Positions 20,684 to 30,932 of a DNA stretch of 64,000 nucleotides are shown here, one piece after another. Where the stretch lies: the IMG/VR virus record IMGVR_UViG_3300005613_000039; one strand, given 5' to 3'. Positions within the stretch are counted from its first letter, which is position 1; each line of letters starts with the position of its first letter. The notes under the pieces are model-generated. The model saw only the letters and a program-made list of their open reading frames with translations, searched no databases and had not been told where the DNA came from. The DNA comes from an uncultured virus (IMG/VR IMGVR_UViG_3300005613_000039) (taxonomy: Duplodnaviria > Heunggongvirae > Uroviricota > Caudoviricetes). The translations under genes were made by a program, and so were the position numbers.

Positions 20684-21535
20684 TCATGATTTTTTCCTTT
20701 TGGCTCGTTCAAGATTTTTATATGTAACCCAGCCTGATATATTATATTTCTCTCTTAAATATTTTAATCCTTCTTGAAAATTTATTTGACGAAATTTGGC
20801 ATATTTATTTGATCTATTAGTCATTTTCTCGGCTTTTATATAATCAGTCCACGCTACTTTATAACCGGCACGTTTAAATCTCCAGAAGAAGTCTTCGTGT
20901 TCACCTAATTTTAAATTATTATCCCAAGCAACATCGATTAACTTATATGTTCTTGTGATAAAGAAGTTTCGCACGATATCGCATTTATAAATAGACGCTC
21001 GAGTCCAAGAAGCTAAATCTAATAAATCATTTTTTCTGCTTTTTTCAATAAAATCTAATTCAAACGATTTATTTTCGATCATGTTTAAATTAGCTTCCCA
21101 ATCACAACAGCAATTTTCTAGTTCAAACCCTATTAAATCAAGTCTTTCTTTACACCAAATTTTTAGATTTAAAATTTTTATAATTTCGTTAATTTTTTTA
21201 ATCGATTCATTAAATAAAAAGCTATCACTTCCAATTATCACATATTCACAATTTAATTCATGAGCTTTTTTTACTCCAAAATTTCTACAATATGATAATC
21301 CAGAATCAAAAGGCACATCAAAAATATGAATATGACTTGCTTGCTCTTTTTCAGCATGATATGTAAAAACTTTTTCTTTAGCTCTTTCGCTTTGATCTAC
21401 AATAATTAGTTCAAAACTATCTTGCCAATTATCTAAAAGAGATTGAACGCTCTTAAATAATAATTCGTTTCTCATAAAAGTTGTAATAATTATTCCGATT
21501 TTTTGCATTTTGTTTCTTCTCTTTGAAATAAACAA
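20684..21535 (-). CDS. Glycosyltransferase family 2
   Basis: IGIIITTF.R..LIIVDQS..GLSYCRNFG..WDNNLKLGEHEDFF; probable start at MQKIG. Confidence 0.8.
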   Translation of the reverse strand: MFISKRRNKMQKIGIIITTFMRNELLFKSVQSLLDNWQDSFELIIVDQSERAKEKVFTYHAEKEQASHIHIFDVPFDSGLSYCRNFGVKKAHELNCEYVIIGSDSFLFNESIKKINEIIKILNLKIWCKERLDLIGFELENCCCDWEANLNMIENKSFELDFIEKSRKNDLLDLASWTRASIYKCDIVRNFFITRTYKLIDVAWDNNLKLGEHEDFFWRFKRAGYKVAWTDYIKAEKMTNRSNKYAKFRQINFQEGLKYLREKYNISGWVTYKNLERAKRKKS

Positions 21536-22350
21536 GTATTACACGGATACGATTTTAAATTTCCAGAAGCCATTAATTCTCGAAACGCTTTGGCCTTTTT
21601 GTTGTAGAATATTGTAAATAAATTTTGATTATTATCATTTAGATTACCCAAGATAAATTTTTTATGTTCCTTCCAATCGCTTCTCAAATTACAGCAAGGC
21701 ATAATAATACCATTATAATCAATATAAATTCCCTTCGTAGGAACAAGACAAGGTGCAATTCGATTTGATACTTTATTTAATTTTGAAACTATTCCGCCTC
21801 TATTAACACCATTAACACAGAAATTTCGATAATATATATTAATGTTCATGTTTGCATAATTAGAGTTAACTGCTATTTTTTCCTTATTAGAAGTTCGAGA
21901 AATTTCATCTAATGATAGATTTTGCAATACTTTTATTATGTTTGATTCGATTATTTCATGCAAAGAATTAATTGGCATATAAATTTGAATATTTAAATTT
22001 CTTAATCCTGAATCATATAATTTTTTTATTACATCTTTATCTAAAAAATCTCCATTTGTATTTAAAGATAATAAAGCATTTGGGATTCTAGTACGAGCTT
22101 CTAATAATCTTTTATAAATAATCTTATCTGCTAAAGGTTCATTATATCTACTAAAAGAAATCATTTTATTATAATTAATTTGTTCTAAATTTTTTAAAAT
22201 TTTATTATAAATAAAATTTGACATGTATGTATTACCAGAATGTCTATCGATTACAGAATTCGAACAATGCCAGCATTGTCTATTGCAGTAAGAAAAGACT
22301 TCAATTTCTATTAATTCTACATTTTCTTTTAAATATTTTTTTGCAAACAT
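21490..22350 (-). CDS. Radical SAM/SPASM domain protein
   Basis: CNRQCWHC; NEPL; NTNGDFL; C-terminal C..P..IDYNG.IMPCC..LGNL..CxxC. Confidence 0.9.
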   Translation of the reverse strand: MFAKKYLKENVELIEIEVFSYCNRQCWHCSNSVIDRHSGNTYMSNFIYNKILKNLEQINYNKMISFSRYNEPLADKIIYKRLLEARTRIPNALLSLNTNGDFLDKDVIKKLYDSGLRNLNIQIYMPINSLHEIIESNIIKVLQNLSLDEISRTSNKEKIAVNSNYANMNINIYYRNFCVNGVNRGGIVSKLNKVSNRIAPCLVPTKGIYIDYNGIIMPCCNLRSDWKEHKKFILGNLNDNNQNLFTIFYNKKAKAFRELMASGNLKSYPCNTCLFQREETKCKKSE

Positions 22351-22361
22351 AAAATTCCTTT

Positions 22362-24497
22362 TTATTTTTTATAATTTTTCCAATCTGCACCATATAAATT
22401 CGTCAAATAAGGAAGAACAGGTAATGGTATTTTTATTGAGCTAGAAAAAAGTTTTCCTTCTTTTGTATTTCTACTTGAATAACTAAGATATATTTTACAG
22501 TTTTCTTTATTCCAACTATTTTCATCAAAAACCCAATCTTTTGTTTCTAGCATTTGAGCTATATCATTAACATTTTTGGTTCCTATATGCAATACTGTAG
22601 GGTAAATTACTAATTTTTTATAGCGAACACTATCCAAACAACTCTCATTTAATAAATGAAAATCTATATTTTCATTATTTAAATTTTGAAGAAGATTAGT
22701 AAAAATTATTTCTGATTTTGATGATACGAAACAATTCTTTATTTTTAATTCTTCATTTGTATTAATATTAACTCTACCTTCTGGTGTATAAAATCTTAAT
22801 TTTGTAACATTTTCTAATAAAGATGAACCCCGATTCATCATTTTCATATTACATTCAGTGTAAAATTTAAATCGTAAATAATGAATAAATCTTCTAACTG
22901 ATTTCCAATTTGGTTTTTTCGGATTTAAAATTAAATTTTTGATTTCCATTATATTATTAGCTTTTCGATTAATAGAATCATGTTGATAAAAAGCATTCCC
23001 TGTTATAATTACGGGTTTTTTCCACATCATTGATTGTAATCCAATTCCTGAATTTATAGTTAAAACAACATCTGAATACTTAATACAATCTTTGTAATGA
23101 TAATTATCAACAATTCTAATATTATCACTTTCTAACATTTTTTCAACTTCAACAGGATGATTTTTTACTAAAAATATAACATTATTCATTGTTTTGCTGA
23201 TATGTTCGATAATTTGCTTGAAATTATTCATAGATATTACCCAATCACTCCAAAGTAAAACAACAGTATCATCTTTAACTTGTAAAGGAACAAAAACTTT
23301 AGTAACATCAGAAGAAATATTAAGTTCTTGATTAAATTGCGATTTAGTCACAAAATTATTGTTTTGCTTTTCTAATGTATCTTCATTCGAAATAAAATCA
23401 TTTATATATTTTGTTATTTCTTTTTTTTCTTTTTCATTTAATGAAAAATTCCATCTATTTGAATTATAAGATGCACTGTCATATAAAAATCCATTATAGT
23501 CTAAAAATATTGTATTCGGTAATGCTCCTCTTTCAACATTATAAATGATTCTATTTTTTTCTCTACAATAATTCATTAATTTTTGTTTCCAAGAATGTCT
23601 CGGTAATTTAACATGACTCGCACTATTCCAAATAATTATAGGTTTTTTGGATTCTTTTAATTCTGTTAAATTATTTACAAATTCAATATTTAAATAATCT
23701 TTTAATTTTTTTATATATGGATGAATTCTATCGATTGATATAAATTCTAATGAATTCGGATTTATGATTTCTTCTCTATCAAAATAATTATTTACTAATG
23801 TCAGTTGTTTATTATAACTTGTTTTATAATTTTTTTCTTTCATATCAATTTTCTTATTAAATAGAGAAGAAAAGGCTCCTAACAAAGCATATAGATTTAA
23901 TTTTGTTGGAGCTTTTTTTAATATCTCCCACAATTCATAAGGAACATCTTGATAACCGCCAAATTGTTTTGATCTTTCCATCATATTATAATATCTTTTA
24001 AAAATAGAATTACAATTCCAATAAGGAGAATGTAAACCAACAATTCTAACATCTCTTTTTACAATATAGCCATCTTTTTTCATTCTTTCAGTTTGGTTAC
24101 TTTCACTCGCAATAGTATTTTGAAATGGATAATTTTTCAAAATTTCTGTCTTATTAATACGAACTCCTCTAATAATTTTATTTGAATGAGCATCTATTAA
24201 ATGAAAAATTTGCGTAACTATATCTGAATTTGATTTGATAATAGTATCATACATGATTTCAACAGCATCTTGATTTAAAATCATATCTTCATCTAATTGA
24301 ATAAAATAAGAAGTTTTGCATTTTTCAAACATTAAATTAAACGCTTTTGACATCGGATAAACATCTTCAATTTTTTCTACTTTAAATTTAACTGTTTGTT
24401 CATTTAAAGCTCGTAAACAAGTTTTATAGTTTTCTTGTTTTTCGACTGCAATAACAAAAATGGTCAATTCAGAAGATAAATCTTTTTTAAAATTCAT
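22362..24497 (-). CDS. Multidomain glycosyltransferase: GT2-like + KpsS/capsule-synthesis-like + LicD-like remnant
   Basis: QLDEDM (DxD); ERGALP..VFVPLQVKDD..VKNHP..TINSGIGLQ..KPVI..GNAFY; C-terminal PLPVLPYLTNLYGADW. Confidence 0.75.
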   Translation of the reverse strand: MNFKKDLSSELTIFVIAVEKQENYKTCLRALNEQTVKFKVEKIEDVYPMSKAFNLMFEKCKTSYFIQLDEDMILNQDAVEIMYDTIIKSNSDIVTQIFHLIDAHSNKIIRGVRINKTEILKNYPFQNTIASESNQTERMKKDGYIVKRDVRIVGLHSPYWNCNSIFKRYYNMMERSKQFGGYQDVPYELWEILKKAPTKLNLYALLGAFSSLFNKKIDMKEKNYKTSYNKQLTLVNNYFDREEIINPNSLEFISIDRIHPYIKKLKDYLNIEFVNNLTELKESKKPIIIWNSASHVKLPRHSWKQKLMNYCREKNRIIYNVERGALPNTIFLDYNGFLYDSASYNSNRWNFSLNEKEKKEITKYINDFISNEDTLEKQNNNFVTKSQFNQELNISSDVTKVFVPLQVKDDTVVLLWSDWVISMNNFKQIIEHISKTMNNVIFLVKNHPVEVEKMLESDNIRIVDNYHYKDCIKYSDVVLTINSGIGLQSMMWKKPVIITGNAFYQHDSINRKANNIMEIKNLILNPKKPNWKSVRRFIHYLRFKFYTECNMKMMNRGSSLLENVTKLRFYTPEGRVNINTNEELKIKNCFVSSKSEIIFTNLLQNLNNENIDFHLLNESCLDSVRYKKLVIYPTVLHIGTKNVNDIAQMLETKDWVFDENSWNKENCKIYLSYSSRNTKEGKLFSSSIKIPLPVLPYLTNLYGADWKNYKK

Positions 24498-25161
24498 AAT
24501 ATAATTCCTTTAAATCTTTGTAATATAACTCTTCAATCTTTTTTCTGGATTCTTTATCGTAGTATTCTTGATATTTTCTATGATTACTTTTCATTTTATG
24601 ATAAATTTTGCCTTTATAGTGAATATGATTACAAATTTTTTTAAAATCATTATTAAAATCTTCAAATCGTATTATATAATCTAATTTTTCAATATGTAAA
24701 GCTGTTGTTTGATGAGCTAAATGCAATTCAAAATTTTTTCGCTCATAAAGCAAATCTATAAAATTTTTAAAATTATTTTGATATTCTTTTTTATTATGCT
24801 TATCGATTCCATAATACTTGAGTATCTTATTATATTTGTTTCTCATAATTTTATGAGTATAAAAGGATACGATTCTGTCAAATGGATTTCTGATACAAGT
24901 AAATTTAAAATAATTTTTTGGTATTTCGTCAAAAGATAAGTGTTTGAAAAAATTTAAAGAATAGTGAGCTTCATGTATATCTTTATAATTTTTTGTTATA
25001 AAATTCAATCCATCCGCCTCTGCTAAAATAGTTTTAATAGTCGTACAGGCATTTTTTGGAGAATTGATATACGCTACTTTAAATTTTGGAAGAATTATAA
25101 TTTCTTTTTTCTCTACTGGCGAATGATATTTAATAGAATTCATTTTTAATAATCCCTCCAT
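24487..25161 (-). CDS. Sulfotransferase family 2 protein
   Basis: PKNACTTIK (5'-PSB) and FTCIRNPFDRIVSFY (3'-PB) motifs; IIRFE. Confidence 0.85.
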   Translation of the reverse strand: MEGLLKMNSIKYHSPVEKKEIIILPKFKVAYINSPKNACTTIKTILAEADGLNFITKNYKDIHEAHYSLNFFKHLSFDEIPKNYFKFTCIRNPFDRIVSFYTHKIMRNKYNKILKYYGIDKHNKKEYQNNFKNFIDLLYERKNFELHLAHQTTALHIEKLDYIIRFEDFNNDFKKICNHIHYKGKIYHKMKSNHRKYQEYYDKESRKKIEELYYKDLKELYYEF

Positions 25162-26216
25162 TTTGGTTTATTATTTTGCCGTTTTTTGATATCTCGATTT
25201 GTCATTCCTGTTTGTGAGATATCTCTTCCGTCATAAAATTTTGTTCCAGGAAAAGGCTCGAATTGATACCAACCCTGAACAGATAATTTATTTTTTTCGA
25301 TAAAATTTAAAGTCATTTGTCTATCTTCATCTGTTTCTGTAGGTGTGTGATGCATGAAAGAAGCCTTAACAGGCAATCGTAAGGAACGAGCTATATCAAT
25401 AACTCTTTGATTATCTTCAACAGTCGCTCCTTTATTTAAAACTTTTAAAATTCTATCTGATCCACTTTCTGCTCCAAAACGAATTTGAAAGAATCCCATT
25501 TCTTTCATTTTTTTTGCTATATCGAATGTTAATGCTCTGGCCGCTACAAAACTTCTTAACTTTAATCGCTTATTCCATTCTTTACTCATCCACATTTCAT
25601 AAATATTATAAAATCTACTCTTATGTGCAATAAACAAATCATCATAAATATATAATGTTGTAATATGTGGATATTTTTCTAATAGATATTCAACTTCACT
25701 TATAAAATATTCTGCACTATGAAATCTTACTTTTCCCCAAAAAGCAGAAGAGGCACAAAAATTACAATTATAACAACATCCTCTGGATGTAAAAATTGGA
25801 ATGGTTTCACAACATCGGCCTCGTTCTGGAAATTTTAACGAATCTAAGTTTTTAATATTGCTTAATTGTATTATTTTTTCTTCTGGCTCTTTTTCAAGAA
25901 TATAATTAAGTGCAAATTCTCCTTCTCCTTTAACTATATATTTAAAGGGATATTTTTCAACTTCATCCCAAAGAGTACCCTGTCCTCCAAGAATAATAGG
26001 AATATTTGTATTTTCTAATAATTTAATAGCTTCTTGAATTCCCCAAGCATTTGTTGATAATCCAATATAATCACAGTCAATTAAATCTTTACTGTCTCTT
26101 ACTAATTCGATATCGGCATTGCAATTAGATTTTAAATATCCAATAGCTAAAGGATATTCATTAAATACAGGATCTTCCCATCCACATTGATACATTTTAA
26201 TTTTTTTCATTCCCAC
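25146..26216 (-). CDS. B12-binding (class B) radical SAM protein
   Basis: PLAIGYL, IILGG, GEGE, TSRGCCYNCNFC, YDDLF, GAESGS. Confidence 0.88.
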   Translation of the reverse strand: MGMKKIKMYQCGWEDPVFNEYPLAIGYLKSNCNADIELVRDSKDLIDCDYIGLSTNAWGIQEAIKLLENTNIPIILGGQGTLWDEVEKYPFKYIVKGEGEFALNYILEKEPEEKIIQLSNIKNLDSLKFPERGRCCETIPIFTSRGCCYNCNFCASSAFWGKVRFHSAEYFISEVEYLLEKYPHITTLYIYDDLFIAHKSRFYNIYEMWMSKEWNKRLKLRSFVAARALTFDIAKKMKEMGFFQIRFGAESGSDRILKVLNKGATVEDNQRVIDIARSLRLPVKASFMHHTPTETDEDRQMTLNFIEKNKLSVQGWYQFEPFPGTKFYDGRDISQTGMTNRDIKKRQNNKPKWRDY

Positions 26217-26596
26217 ATACCTTTTTTTAATTCTTCTAAAGTTTTAAATCCCTCTTTTGTAAATAATCCACCTTGAATAAATCGTTCTATATCATCAGAA
26301 TCAATTTTTCCTTCTTTTACAAAAGCAATTTCTAATAAGATCGAATCTTCGTTTGCTATAAATTGATGTGTTAATGGAGGAAAAACATCAAATGCTTCGA
26401 AAGGAACTAATATTTTTATTCCTAAATCTGTTTTTAGCCGAACATTTCCTTTTAAGAGTATAAAACGATTAATTTTACTTTTATGCTTATGAATACTGCA
26501 CGCCGAATTCGCTTTTAATTTAAGTAAATCGATTTCACATAAATCATTTTCTAATACTCTATCTCTTTCGCCCCAAATTTTCAATATTTTACTCAT
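26207..26596 (-). CDS. Cupin-fold protein (sugar isomerase-like)
   Basis: KIWG..CSIHKHKSK.N.F..P..THQF..LLEI. Confidence 0.7.
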   Translation of the reverse strand: MSKILKIWGERDRVLENDLCEIDLLKLKANSACSIHKHKSKINRFILLKGNVRLKTDLGIKILVPFEAFDVFPPLTHQFIANEDSILLEIAFVKEGKIDSDDIERFIQGGLFTKEGFKTLEELKKGMWE

Positions 26597-26655
26597 TTAT
26601 TTATCCTCTTTTATTTTATATATTTGTAGAGCAAATATTATCGTGTCAAAAGCTT

Positions 26656-27468
26656 TTATTTGGTAATTCTTTTTGACACTTTGAACAGATTAAATCTTTT
26701 TTTAATTTCTTCTTGTATCTCATTTTGATGAATTTTTTGGATATTTTCGTTTAAACGATAATAAAATTCACTATATCCAATTTTTGGAAATATTTCAATT
26801 TTACTTTTTAATGAGACATTATAAATTTTTATATTTTTACTGACTGCTTTTTTAAATGGAGCAAACCATTTATTATTTAATTCGTTTATATTATTATAGT
26901 TGTTTGTTCGATATTGATTATTTGTTTTTCTTCCGACTCCACAATAAGTATTCTTGCGCCATAAATATGTACCTTCTAACACATCATAAAAATGTGTATA
27001 TCCGTCAATTTCACAAGCATCATAACCTAACAAATAAATTTCTCTGCATTCTAATTGAATAGCAAGCGACAAACCTGCTAATCCGATTAACTGAAAACAA
27101 TAAAGCTTATTAATATGTTGTTTGTTGTAATCTTCGCTATTCTCCACTAGATAAATATTATCTGGTATTTTTAATCTATTGTTTCGTTGTTCGTTTGCAT
27201 AAAAATCATCAAATCGTCCGATCACCAAATTTAATTTATTTAATTGTTCTTTATGTATATCATAAAATTGATAATCTCCATACATTTGAACTGTCGATTT
27301 GAACCATTTAAAAGAAAAATTTGTTCCAATAGTAAATTCGTCTTTTATAGCTTTCCAAATTGGCAATTTTCTTATTTTAATATGCCATAAATTTTCACGA
27401 ATACTACTTCCGCCACCAATAATTATTGCTCTATTCGGAATCATTTTTGAACGAGTCTTCGTTTGCAT
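26656..27468 (-). CDS. DUF115/MptE-like protein (paralog of 19493-20254)
   Basis: RAIIIGGGSSIR..GLSLAIQL..EIYLLGYDA..THFY; probable start MIPNR. Confidence 0.7.
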   Translation of the reverse strand: MQTKTRSKMIPNRAIIIGGGSSIRENLWHIKIRKLPIWKAIKDEFTIGTNFSFKWFKSTVQMYGDYQFYDIHKEQLNKLNLVIGRFDDFYANEQRNNRLKIPDNIYLVENSEDYNKQHINKLYCFQLIGLAGLSLAIQLECREIYLLGYDACEIDGYTHFYDVLEGTYLWRKNTYCGVGRKTNNQYRTNNYNNINELNNKWFAPFKKAVSKNIKIYNVSLKSKIEIFPKIGYSEFYYRLNENIQKIHQNEIQEEIKKRFNLFKVSKRITK

Positions 27469-27739
27469 TTTTTAAAGCTTTTTTAACTATCGCATATAAT
27501 TGATCGAGATTTGTCAATGCCGATTTGCGTGCCGTTTCTAAATCTGGAACCAAACAAGATTCATGAAAAGGAACAACTTTTTTATCTTTACATAGAAAAA
27601 TATTATAAGTTACATCTGTAGTTTTTGCTTCTTTGGTTATTCTAATTGATCTGACAATTCCTTTTCCGATAGCTGGTAGCCCCTTGTGTTGAGCGACAGC
27701 ATAAACTACATCGTTTACTTGATATCGTGTTTCTATCAT
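27431..27739 (-). CDS. Hypothetical protein (SH3-like N-terminus; paralog of 51486-51926)
   Basis: ETRYQVNDVVY..KGIV pattern. Confidence 0.55.
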   Translation of the reverse strand: MIETRYQVNDVVYAVAQHKGLPAIGKGIVRSIRITKEAKTTDVTYNIFLCKDKKVVPFHESCLVPDLETARKSALTNLDQLYAIVKKALKNANEDSFKNDSE

Positions 27740-28041
27740 TTTTTCTTTCCTTTGTTTTTCTGTTTATCAACTTGCTCTAAAATTTTATCAATATGTTTGG
27801 CGTAATGATCGATCATTTCCTTAGAGAATTTACCACTCTGAGCGATTGTTTTTTCGAATCTTCTGCGTTGATGTCGATTAAGTTGATTTTTCTTCATCTT
27901 TTCCAAATCTTGATAAATGAAATTAATTAAAGCGACTCCACATCGCAAAGTTCTATAATATTTTTCCATTTTCAACATTTGCTTTTTTTGTGCTTTTAAC
28001 TGTTTTCGCTTTGCAATAAATTGTTTAATCTTTTGAATCAT
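27736..28041 (-). CDS. Hypothetical basic protein
   Basis: ORF track; NRHQRR motif; overlapping neighbours. Confidence 0.55.
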   Translation of the reverse strand: MIQKIKQFIAKRKQLKAQKKQMLKMEKYYRTLRCGVALINFIYQDLEKMKKNQLNRHQRRRFEKTIAQSGKFSKEMIDHYAKHIDKILEQVDKQKNKGKKK

Positions 28042-28727
28042 TTGCTCTCCTTTTTTCTAGGTCTGCCTCGTTTTCTTTTTGGTTTTATATCATCAGAAAT
28101 TTTACTTTCTGTCTTAGAAGAATTGCTTTTAATTATGATGGGATTTGAAACACTGTCAACCACTTCTTGTTTATGAGTTATTATAAAAATCTGACGATCT
28201 GTATCTTTTTGTGTTTCTTTTACAAATTCAATAGCCTTTTGAATAGTTTTTTCGTTATCTAGTCTTTTATATGGTTCATCGAAAAAGAGAAAACCTTTAT
28301 TTCTTGAAAGTTCTAACAATACTAATCTTAAAGCTAAAGCTATTATATCTTTGGACCCACCTGCTCGACAATTAAGAATATCGTGAGATTCTTGCATATC
28401 TGGAGTTTTTAATAAAAATCTCATTTTAGGTGTATTGCCATGACGACTGAATTCTAACTCAAATTTGTACTCGTTATTATCATGTATATATTGAAGTGCC
28501 TTTGTAACAACACCTTCAAATATTTCTTTTGTCAATTCAGTAGTCGATTTCTGTACCAAAGTTAAAATTTCTATTGCTTTAGCATTTATAATTTGATTCT
28601 CTTTTAAAGAAGATAGTTTTTCTGTAGATTCATGAAACTGTTCTTCTAATACAGAAACTTTACCCTTTAAAGTTGAAACTTCTTCTTCTAAAGATTTAAT
28701 AGATTTTTCTAAATTATTAAGATTCAT
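28038..28727 (-). CDS. SbcC/Rad50 ATPase C-terminal half with AT-hook tail
   Basis: Coiled coil, AGG signature, FLFFDEP Walker B, IITH H-loop; KRKRGRPRKK tail. Confidence 0.85.
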   Translation of the reverse strand: MNLNNLEKSIKSLEEEVSTLKGKVSVLEEQFHESTEKLSSLKENQIINAKAIEILTLVQKSTTELTKEIFEGVVTKALQYIHDNNEYKFELEFSRHGNTPKMRFLLKTPDMQESHDILNCRAGGSKDIIALALRLVLLELSRNKGFLFFDEPYKRLDNEKTIQKAIEFVKETQKDTDRQIFIITHKQEVVDSVSNPIIIKSNSSKTESKISDDIKPKRKRGRPRKKESK

Positions 28728-28943
28728 ATTCTTCTAGTTTTAATGTTTGATTAAAACGTTTAGTTGAGTACCAATCGATGCCCCAAAGATAAGTACGAAT
28801 TGTAAATGTAGGAAAATTCCAATAAACACCTTTCCAGAATTTACCCCAGGAAATAAAAATTCCTTTATAGCGATTTGATAATAAACTAAGATGTCAATAT
28901 TCTATATTTGTATTATAATATTTTTCTTTCTTGAATTCGTAAA

Positions 28944-29171
28944 TCATTCTAATCTCTTTTCTATTTCAGCAATTTTTTCAGTTAAATCTTTTTCCATTTC
29001 TTCAATCTTATCTTCAAGATTATCTTCCTCGACATTTAACTCTTTTAATTCTGCTAAAAGTTTATTTTTTTCTTCTTTTAGATTTTTCTGCTTTTCTTCT
29101 AATCGAATAAGCTCTTCTTTATTTGATTGTACTTTTTCTTGCAATTTCTGAATTTTCTTTATGTGATTCAT
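28944..29171 (-). CDS. Short coiled-coil protein
   Basis: Heptad E/K/L pattern throughout; in SbcCD cluster. Confidence 0.6.
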   Translation of the reverse strand: MNHIKKIQKLQEKVQSNKEELIRLEEKQKNLKEEKNKLLAELKELNVEEDNLEDKIEEMEKDLTEKIAEIEKRLE

Positions 29172-29491
29172 TTATAATCTCCTTGATAAAAATATGTGAT
29201 CGAAAAACGAATATTATCGCTTTCCCAATCTTCCGAATATTCACTAATTCTGTCAAAATGATTAATCAAAAATTTTTTTATTTTATTTGTTATTTTAATC
29301 AAATCTTTTTTCGATATATCTGTTATACGAGATGAAGAATCTAATTGAAAACAGATATTTTCTTCATAAGTAAATATATTTGGTTGAGTAATCTCAATAG
29401 GAACAATTGTATATTCTACATCGTTGATTTTATATATAGGTAATGTTTCTATTCTTCCTTTTAATATGTCATATATAGAGTGCAATTTCAT
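29168..29491 (-). CDS. Hypothetical protein
   Basis: ORF track; GGAG SD. Confidence 0.5.
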   Translation of the reverse strand: MKLHSIYDILKGRIETLPIYKINDVEYTIVPIEITQPNIFTYEENICFQLDSSSRITDISKKDLIKITNKIKKFLINHFDRISEYSEDWESDNIRFSITYFYQGDYK

Positions 29492-29632
29492 TTATTTTCT
29501 CCATTTTCTGTATTTAAACCAAATAAATCTTTGAGATGATCTAATTCATTTGCTACTTTTTTACAATGAGGACAAATATAATTATTATCTATTACAAAAA
29601 AACACTTTTTACAGTGCGAGCATTTGGCTGTT

Positions 29633-30577
29633 TTATTTGACATTTTCAATTTTCTCCAGAACATAATTGATTACATTTTCTTCAACTTTTTGTTCTTTTC
29701 CTATTTTAACTACCTGTTCAGCAATAGACATACTCTGAAAATTTGCATCTTTTAAACTGTTCAAAAATTCTTTAATATCTTTTTTATTAGCTTTCAACTC
29801 TTCGTATTTTGATAAATCGAAAATCTCATTACTTCTTTTAGCAGATTTTAGTTTAATAACTTCGTAACTTCTTTTGTCCGTATCTAAAAGCAAAACTGAT
29901 GGCTCTATCTTTGCTTCGTCGATATTATCTCTTCCACAGCATCCTATATTCAGAAATGTCGTATTGTTTATTTTTTTCTCGAATGGTTTATGATAGTGAG
30001 CCAGCAGAACGATGTCGGCATTTGTTTCAATGTTTTTACATTGAACATGCGACACTTCATCAAAAAATTTATTCTGCGTAACCAGAGCATGAACTATAGC
30101 TATTTTCCAATAATCTCCATCATCAAATATAATACCATTTTTTTTAATTGTATCTTCAATACCAAATTTATATTCAATCGATTTTATTTCCCATCCATCA
30201 GCTCGCATTTCATCAGGAAAGGGCGGAAAATCATCTATTAAATAATTAAAATATTTGCTTCGTTTTTGTAAATGTGCTAAACCAGTATCTTTTTTATTTT
30301 CAATATGCCCGTATGCCATTGAATGGTTTCCAAAAAGAGAATATAAAGGAATTTTCGTTTTTTCAATTCTGTCGGCAACTGCATCTAAAACTGAATAAGA
30401 TGGCTTTTCACTTTCAAATAGGTCTCCGCCATCAATTATAGCGTCGCATTTATTTTCTTGAGCAAGAGAAATAATTTCGTCTAACTTAGTTAGGCAATCT
30501 TGAAAAAAGTTGCCTAAACGATTAACTGAATTTTTTCCCTTGATATGAAAATCCTGAAAATAAAGAAATTTACTCAT
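29633..30577 (-). CDS. sbcD: SbcD/Mre11-like nuclease
   Basis: DFH, GGDLF, GNHS, VHA, LAHYH, NIGC metallophosphoesterase motifs next to SbcC halves. Confidence 0.85.
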   Translation of the reverse strand: MSKFLYFQDFHIKGKNSVNRLGNFFQDCLTKLDEIISLAQENKCDAIIDGGDLFESEKPSYSVLDAVADRIEKTKIPLYSLFGNHSMAYGHIENKKDTGLAHLQKRSKYFNYLIDDFPPFPDEMRADGWEIKSIEYKFGIEDTIKKNGIIFDDGDYWKIAIVHALVTQNKFFDEVSHVQCKNIETNADIVLLAHYHKPFEKKINNTTFLNIGCCGRDNIDEAKIEPSVLLLDTDKRSYEVIKLKSAKRSNEIFDLSKYEELKANKKDIKEFLNSLKDANFQSMSIAEQVVKIGKEQKVEENVINYVLEKIENVK

Positions 30578-30698
30578 GTTATTATGCCTATTAAAATTAA
30601 GCCTATTATAATTCCAATAATTAAATGAACAATCCCTTCATATTTATCAAATTCACAAGGTAAATCATTATAAGGATAATTACATTTCTTATATTCAC

Positions 30699-30932
30699 TC
30701 ATAAATATTTCTCCTTATCTGGATAATCTCCTCTAACTGGAGGATTATTTAAAAACGAATCAATTACTTCTTGATTTTCTAATTCTCTAATATCTCTTTT
30801 TGGTTGATCTGTTCTAGCAGAATTAAATCCACATAAAATCATACAGGTTAATGAACAAAAGAAATATTCTTCTTCGATTGGCCGGTGACAGCCGAGACAT
30901 TTTCTGGCTATATTCTTTATTAATTTACTCAT
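30699..30932 (-). CDS. Small Zn-binding hypothetical protein
   Basis: CLGC..FCSLTC. Confidence 0.5.
   Translation of the reverse strand: MSKLIKNIARKCLGCHRPIEEEYFFCSLTCMILCGFNSARTDQPKRDIRELENQEVIDSFLNNPPVRGDYPDKEKYL

Noticed and set aside
26600..26655. Promoter upstream of cupin (TTGACA on minus strand)
   Set aside because: No convincing -10 hexamer at 16-18 bp spacing.
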